From Syntrophales bacterium (lineage in GTDB: Bacteria; Desulfobacterota; Syntrophia; Syntrophales; UBA2210), in NCBI GenBank assembly GCA_963662405.2, contig CAXXKT010000001.1, forward strand, positions 2,272,001 to 2,336,000: a stretch of DNA of 64,000 nt, in the 5' to 3' direction. The translations under genes were made by a program, and so were the position numbers. Below are positions 59,420 to 64,000 of this stretch, one piece after another. The notes beneath the pieces are model-generated. The model was not told the DNA's origin. It worked only from the letters and a program-made list of their open reading frames with translations, and did no database searches. Numbering within the stretch: the first letter of the stretch is position 1; each line of letters begins with the position of its first letter.

Positions 59420-60912
59420 TATTAGAACAAGCCCCTGCCCTGATCGTTATTATATCGCTTATGTCCGCGGTGGCCACGCCGCTCGTCGGCTGGATCAAGA
59501 AAGAACTGTGCTACCCGTGGGTTATCCTTGCCCTCCTGGGTTCTACATCCTGTTCGATCCTAGTGCTGAATACCGTGATACAGGAGGGGGTCATTCATTA
59601 TCATATGGGGGGGTGGCTTCCCCCGTGGGGCATCGAGTACGTTATCGATCACCTGAACGCCATGATGCTCGTCCTGATTACGGGGACCTCTCTCCTGGTG
59701 GCGGTATATTCCCGGCGGAGCCTCGAGGCGGAACTCCCCGACCGGATGGCCTATTTCTACACCCTCTTTCTCCTCCAGGTAACGGGTTTCCTGGGGATCG
59801 TCATCACGGGTGACGTCTTTAATCTCTATGTCTTCCTCGAAATCGCATCCCTGGCCGGATACGCCCTGATCGCGACGGGCGAGGAGGGGGCTCCTCTGGC
59901 CGCCTTCCGGTACCTGATTCTGGGGACCGTGGGGGCGTGTTTCTATCTGCTCGGTGTCGGGTACCTTTACATGGTGACCGGTTCCCTGAACCTGGCCGAT
60001 CTGGCAGAGATACTCCCCAAGCTTTACGGCTCCAAGGTCATCCTGGTCGCCTTTGCCTTTTTCATGGTCGGGATAGCCCTGAAGATGGCCCTGTTTCCCC
60101 TGCACCTGTGGCTGCCCGATGCCTATACCAAGGCGCCATCGGCCGCCAGCGCCCTGATCGCCCCGCTGATGACCAAGATTGCCGTCTATATTATGCTCCG
60201 GGTGATGTTTACCCTTTTCAGGCCTTATTTTTCCATTGAACTCCTCCCCGTCATGACCATCCTGCTGTATGCCGGTATCGTTGCCATCTTTGTCGGTGCG
60301 GTAATGGCCCTGGCACAGAGAAACTTCAAGCGGATGCTGTGCTATATCGTGATTGCCGAGGTCGGTTATATGGTCGGCGGTGTGGGGATAGCCAATGCCG
60401 TCGCTATCAGAGGGGCGATTCTGCATGTGATGAACGATGTCGTGATGACCCTGGGCCTCTTTGCCGTTGCCGGCATCATTGCGTACAAGATGAAAAACAG
60501 CGAGATATCCGCCTTTGATAACATATTCAAAAAGATGCCCTTTACCATGGCGGCGTTCCTCGTCGTTGCCCTCTCCGTCATCGGTGTGCCCCCCACCTGC
60601 GGTTTTTTCAGCAAGTGGTACCTGCTTCAGGGCGCCATCATGGCAGGAAATTGGCTGTTTGTAGCGGCGCTCCTCTTCTCCAGCCTGGTGAATGTCATAC
60701 TGTTCTTCAGGATTATCGAAACCGGTTATTATGATTTCGGTGCCGCAGGATCGGGACATGGGCATGGCCATCGAGAGGAATCGATGGTAAGCGAGGCGCC
60801 CCTCAGCATGTTGTTTCCCACCGTTATCGTCGCAGTGGCGATCATCCTGATCGGCCTTTACAACCAAACCATCATGACGGCCATCATTGACTTTGCGGTG
60901 CCGAAATTTTAG
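59416..60912 (+). CDS. mrpD: Mrp subunit D
   Basis: GGWLPPWGI, GDVFNLYVFLE, FPLHLWLPDAY, GFFSKW. Confidence 0.9.
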   Translation: MILEQAPALIVIISLMSAVATPLVGWIKKELCYPWVILALLGSTSCSILVLNTVIQEGVIHYHMGGWLPPWGIEYVIDHLNAMMLVLITGTSLLVAVYSRRSLEAELPDRMAYFYTLFLLQVTGFLGIVITGDVFNLYVFLEIASLAGYALIATGEEGAPLAAFRYLILGTVGACFYLLGVGYLYMVTGSLNLADLAEILPKLYGSKVILVAFAFFMVGIALKMALFPLHLWLPDAYTKAPSAASALIAPLMTKIAVYIMLRVMFTLFRPYFSIELLPVMTILLYAGIVAIFVGAVMALAQRNFKRMLCYIVIAEVGYMVGGVGIANAVAIRGAILHVMNDVVMTLGLFAVAGIIAYKMKNSEISAFDNIFKKMPFTMAAFLVVALSVIGVPPTCGFFSKWYLLQGAIMAGNWLFVAALLFSSLVNVILFFRIIETGYYDFGAAGSGHGHGHREESMVSEAPLSMLFPTVIVAVAIILIGLYNQTIMTAIIDFAVPKF

Positions 60913-60972
60913 GCCTTGCAGGGCTTGTCGTATTGTTCTGAAACGATTCATACCCCGAGGAAACCAACGAAT

Positions 60973-61824
60973 ATGAATACACAAAGGATTCCCCTCCTGG
61001 GGGCGCATTTGTCCATAGCGGGGGGACTGGAACGGGCGCTCATTCGGGGAGGCGCGTTGGGCTGTACGACGATTCAGCTTTTTACCAAGAGTTCGAATCA
61101 GTGGAAGGAGCGAACCCTTGAAGATTCGGAGATTACGCGATTTCATCAGGAGCGGGAACGGACCGGCATCAATCCGGTTATCTCCCATGCAGGCTATCTT
61201 ATTAACCTCGCCTCTCCCGATGATGAGGTATACCGTAAGTCTCTGGACGCTATGATTTGCGAAATCCGCCGGTGCGAACAGCTCGGGATCGATCTTCTCG
61301 TTCTTCATCCCGGTTTTCATAAGAAGCGTGGTATCGCGTGGGGAATCAATCGCATCGCGGATGCCCTCGACACGATCCACGGAGCTACCGCCGGGGCAAA
61401 GGTGCAAATCGCCTTGGAGACGACAGCGGGGCAGGGGAGCGCCATCGGGAGGAGCCTCGATGAAATCGCGCGGATTATCGAAAGGGTGGAAGAAGGTTCC
61501 CGCGTGGTCTTTTGTCTTGATACCTGCCACATGTTTGTGGCAGGATACGACCTCCGGACGCGCCAAAACTACCTTGATCTTTTACAGGAGATTGGTGATA
61601 CAATAGGCAAGCAAAGGATGAGGGTTATTCACCTGAACGATTCGAAGAAAGCGGTCGGTTCCCGGGTGGATCGCCACGAGAATATCGGGGTGGGGATGAT
61701 CGGTGAGGGTCTGTTCCGGCTGATAATGGCTGATGGGTCGTTAGTCGGTGTTCCAAAGATTATAGAGACCCCGAATGATATAGAAAATTTACAGTTGCTC
61801 AGAAGTTTTTTGAACCAAACGTAA
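60973..61824 (+). CDS. nfo: Endonuclease IV
   Basis: GAHLSIAGG, HAGYLINL, LETTAGQG, CLDTCH, HLNDSK, DRHENIG, ETP. Confidence 0.95.
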   Translation: MNTQRIPLLGAHLSIAGGLERALIRGGALGCTTIQLFTKSSNQWKERTLEDSEITRFHQERERTGINPVISHAGYLINLASPDDEVYRKSLDAMICEIRRCEQLGIDLLVLHPGFHKKRGIAWGINRIADALDTIHGATAGAKVQIALETTAGQGSAIGRSLDEIARIIERVEEGSRVVFCLDTCHMFVAGYDLRTRQNYLDLLQEIGDTIGKQRMRVIHLNDSKKAVGSRVDRHENIGVGMIGEGLFRLIMADGSLVGVPKIIETPNDIENLQLLRSFLNQT

Positions 61825-61835
61825 AGGAGATCGGA

Positions 61836-63527
61836 ATGAAAAGGTGTGTGTGTATTCTCTTTATTATAGGGCTTATCTTCTCCGGGCCGGTATGGGCCGA
61901 AGAAATCAAGAAAGAGGCGAAACGGGTTGCCGTTCTTCCCTTCGCGGTTCATAGCTCCGAGGATATAACCTATGTGCGGGATGGAATATGGGATATGCTG
62001 ATTTCCCGCCTCTCGGCAAGCGACGCTATGCGTATCAGCACCAAACAGGAAGTCAAAGACGCGCAGGGGCAACCCGGAACTGAGGAACAGACCATTGCCG
62101 ACGTGTATGGTCTCGGGAAACGGTTGAATCTCGATTACGCGGTATGGGGAAGTATCACGAAAATCGGCAACAGCATCAGTCTTGACGCGAAACTTCTTGA
62201 TGTCTCCACGTATAAAACACCCGTAGGTGTCTTTGAGCAGTGTCAAGGGATGGATGATGTTATCCCTCGGATTAGCGATTTTGCGAAAAAGATACAGTAC
62301 CATATCCAGGGGATCACCCCTCCTCCCACCGAGGCAGCCCCTTTGCCTTCGGCCGGAAGGAGACCTTCCGCCACTGAAACCCTGCCGCGTTCCGATGCAG
62401 AAAAGGTCATGCAGACCAGAGAGGGTACCTATACTTCCGTGATCAATCCCTCTTTTATCACGTCGGCCAACCCCCTGGCCCAAAAGGGCTTCTGGATGAG
62501 CCAGAAATACAAAAAACGATTCACAGGCATGGATATCGGGGATGTGAACAATGACGGTAAGAATGAAGTCGTTGTGATCGACCATAACTCGATACAGATC
62601 TACCAAAAAGACGGGTCGAACATGGTGTTGCTGGCCAAGCTTTCGGGGAAGCTCTACGATCAATTTCTCGCTGTTGACGTCGCCGATATCAATAACAACG
62701 GGATCCCGGAGATCATCGTGACCAATCTTTTAAAGGATGATCCCGATTCCTTCGTCATGGAGTTTCAAGACGGGACATTTAAAAAAATCGCCTCCGACCT
62801 GAGGTGGTTCATGCGGGTTATTGAAACGGATGATGGACCGGTCCTGATGGGGCAACAATTAGCGATGGGGAATCCCTTTTCCAAACCGATCTACGAGATC
62901 GTTTGGAAGGATGGCGCTTATCATGAGGGAAAACAAATGCTTATTCCCGAAGGGGTCTCCGTTTTCGGGGTGTTGTTCGCGAAAATCAATGGGGGGGTCG
63001 AGCGGGTCGTCGCGCTCGACGATTATGATCATATCAACATCTATCGAAAAACAAAGAAACCCCTCACGGAGATTCACGTCTTCGGCGGGAGTGATGATCT
63101 GATCTGGCGGAGTGATGAGGTCTATGGGGGAAGCAACACCAAACTCGATTATGATAGACGGTCATCGGGTATCGAAAGTGAGAGTACGGAAGACTCCGTA
63201 TACGTGAAGGAGAGGATCTTTGCGTACGATATTGACGGCAATGGAAAAAAAGAGTTCGTAATAATCAAAAACCTCTCCCCTTCGGGAAGGATATTCAAGA
63301 ATGTCAGGATCTTTACCCGAAGTGAGATATACAGTCTCGAATGGGACGGACTTGGGCTGGCCGAGAACTGGCGTACCCGAAAAATCCAGGGATACGTTGC
63401 GGACTATCAGATCAAGGATATCGACAATGACGGTAATGACGAGATTGTGCTGGCGGTGGGACTGGGAACAACTCTGTCAAGGAGTGTGATCGTGGCATAT
63501 GACTTGGGAACTCAAGAAGGCTCTTGA
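61836..63527 (+). CDS. Exported FG-GAP/VCBS repeat protein with CsgG/TolB-N-like N-terminal domain
   Basis: Signal peptide, VAVLPF; repeats GDVNNDGKNE, ADINNNGIPE, DIDGNGKKE, DIDNDGNDE. Confidence 0.8.
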   Translation: MKRCVCILFIIGLIFSGPVWAEEIKKEAKRVAVLPFAVHSSEDITYVRDGIWDMLISRLSASDAMRISTKQEVKDAQGQPGTEEQTIADVYGLGKRLNLDYAVWGSITKIGNSISLDAKLLDVSTYKTPVGVFEQCQGMDDVIPRISDFAKKIQYHIQGITPPPTEAAPLPSAGRRPSATETLPRSDAEKVMQTREGTYTSVINPSFITSANPLAQKGFWMSQKYKKRFTGMDIGDVNNDGKNEVVVIDHNSIQIYQKDGSNMVLLAKLSGKLYDQFLAVDVADINNNGIPEIIVTNLLKDDPDSFVMEFQDGTFKKIASDLRWFMRVIETDDGPVLMGQQLAMGNPFSKPIYEIVWKDGAYHEGKQMLIPEGVSVFGVLFAKINGGVERVVALDDYDHINIYRKTKKPLTEIHVFGGSDDLIWRSDEVYGGSNTKLDYDRRSSGIESESTEDSVYVKERIFAYDIDGNGKKEFVIIKNLSPSGRIFKNVRIFTRSEIYSLEWDGLGLAENWRTRKIQGYVADYQIKDIDNDGNDEIVLAVGLGTTLSRSVIVAYDLGTQEGS

Positions 63528-63552
63528 CAGAAATATAAATATGGGGTAGGAA
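63524..63552 (+). promoter_or_regulatory. sigma70-like tRNA promoter
   Basis: TTGACA-N17-TAGGAA, about 20 nt upstream of the tRNA. Confidence 0.45.
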
Positions 63553-63571
63553 GACTTCGCAATTCAGCAGA

Positions 63572-63648
63572 GGCGGTGTAGCTCAGATGGTTAGAGCATA
63601 CGGCTCATATCCGTAGTGTCCGGGGTTCAATTCCCTGCACCGCCACCA
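63572..63648 (+). tRNA. tRNA-Met(CAT), probably elongator
   Basis: Acceptor stem GGCGGTG/CACCGCC, anticodon arm TACGG-CTCATAT-CCGTA, GGTTCAA T-loop, encoded CCA. Confidence 0.92.
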
Positions 63649-63656
63649 TGATTTCA

Positions 63657-63694
63657 AAGGGTTATGAAGATTCTCTTTATAACCCTTTTTCTTT
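63657..63694 (+). terminator. Intrinsic terminator after the tRNA
   Basis: AAAGGGTTATGAAGA-TTC-TCTTTATAACCCTTT followed by T-rich tail. Confidence 0.7.
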
Positions 63695-63947
63695 TGACAA
63701 AAATAGGACAAAAAATCCCTCTCAAGTTTTTAGTTTGCTGATTACCGAGTGCGATTATTGAGGATACTTACAACTCCTCACATTCTTTTCATGAGCAACT
63801 CGATTCTACTGTTTGAAAATCTCGATCTAATATTTCTTGACAAGACGCTGTTATGGGGTTAGTGATTTTGAATATTCTTGATCTTGAATGTATCGCACGT
63901 ACTCTTAACAGTTATAGCTGGGTGAGGGGATTATGGTCTGACAGTCT

Positions 63948-63985
63948 AAAGCCTTGTTTTTCACAAAGAGAGACAGGGCTTTTTT
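63948..63985 (+). terminator. Intrinsic terminator-like hairpin
   Basis: AAAGCCTTGTTTTTC-ACAAA-GAGAGACAGGGC followed by T6. Confidence 0.6.
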
Positions 63986-64000
63986 GCTAACAGCTTAAGT

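Noticed and set aside
56670..60912. Membrane-bound hydrogenase (Mbh/Ech) complex
   Set aside because: No NiFe large or small subunit and no NuoH/NuoI homologs in the cluster
59560..61566. 668-aa minus-strand ORF
   Set aside because: Overlaps mrpD and nfo on the opposite strand; no domain signature
63572..63648. tRNA as initiator fMet or Ile2
   Set aside because: G1-C72 is paired and the triple G-C anticodon stem is absent, so not fMet; the GGCGG acceptor favours elongator Met, though Ile2 is not formally excluded
1..64000. CRISPR array, prophage or integrase
   Set aside because: No regularly spaced direct repeats, phage genes or integrase recognised by eye

Overview
Chromosomal window from a probable anaerobic Desulfobacterota/Syntrophales-like bacterium (inferred from gene content). 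All intact genes are on the + strand. 0-16.6 kb: sigma54-promoted LIV-type ABC transporter, tandem family III CoA-transferases, a carboxyltransferase, a TPR-GAF sigma54 activator, an SDR, an NDP-forming acyl-CoA synthetase alpha subunit and a PAS-LuxR regulator. 16.6-26.2 kb: visibly AT-richer accessory block with a TRAP transporter, a CoA-transferase and an exported lactonase, plus mobile DNA (decayed IS630 and IS200 transposases, two miniature IS200/IS605-type elements, and an intact group IIC intron inserted at the end of one of them). 26.3-47.5 kb: beta-oxidation genes with AbfD and a glutaryl-CoA-dehydrogenase-like ACAD, the B12 methylmalonyl-CoA pathway, and a Na+-pumping glutaconyl-CoA decarboxylase whose beta subunit carries a lysine-less biotinyl-like insert. 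47.5-64 kb: vanZ, cmk, an Mrp-type antiporter cluster interrupted by two kinases, a response regulator and two USP genes, then nfo, an FG-GAP protein and tRNA-Met. No CRISPR, prophage or rRNA was seen. All calls come from motif recognition; no database searches were run.
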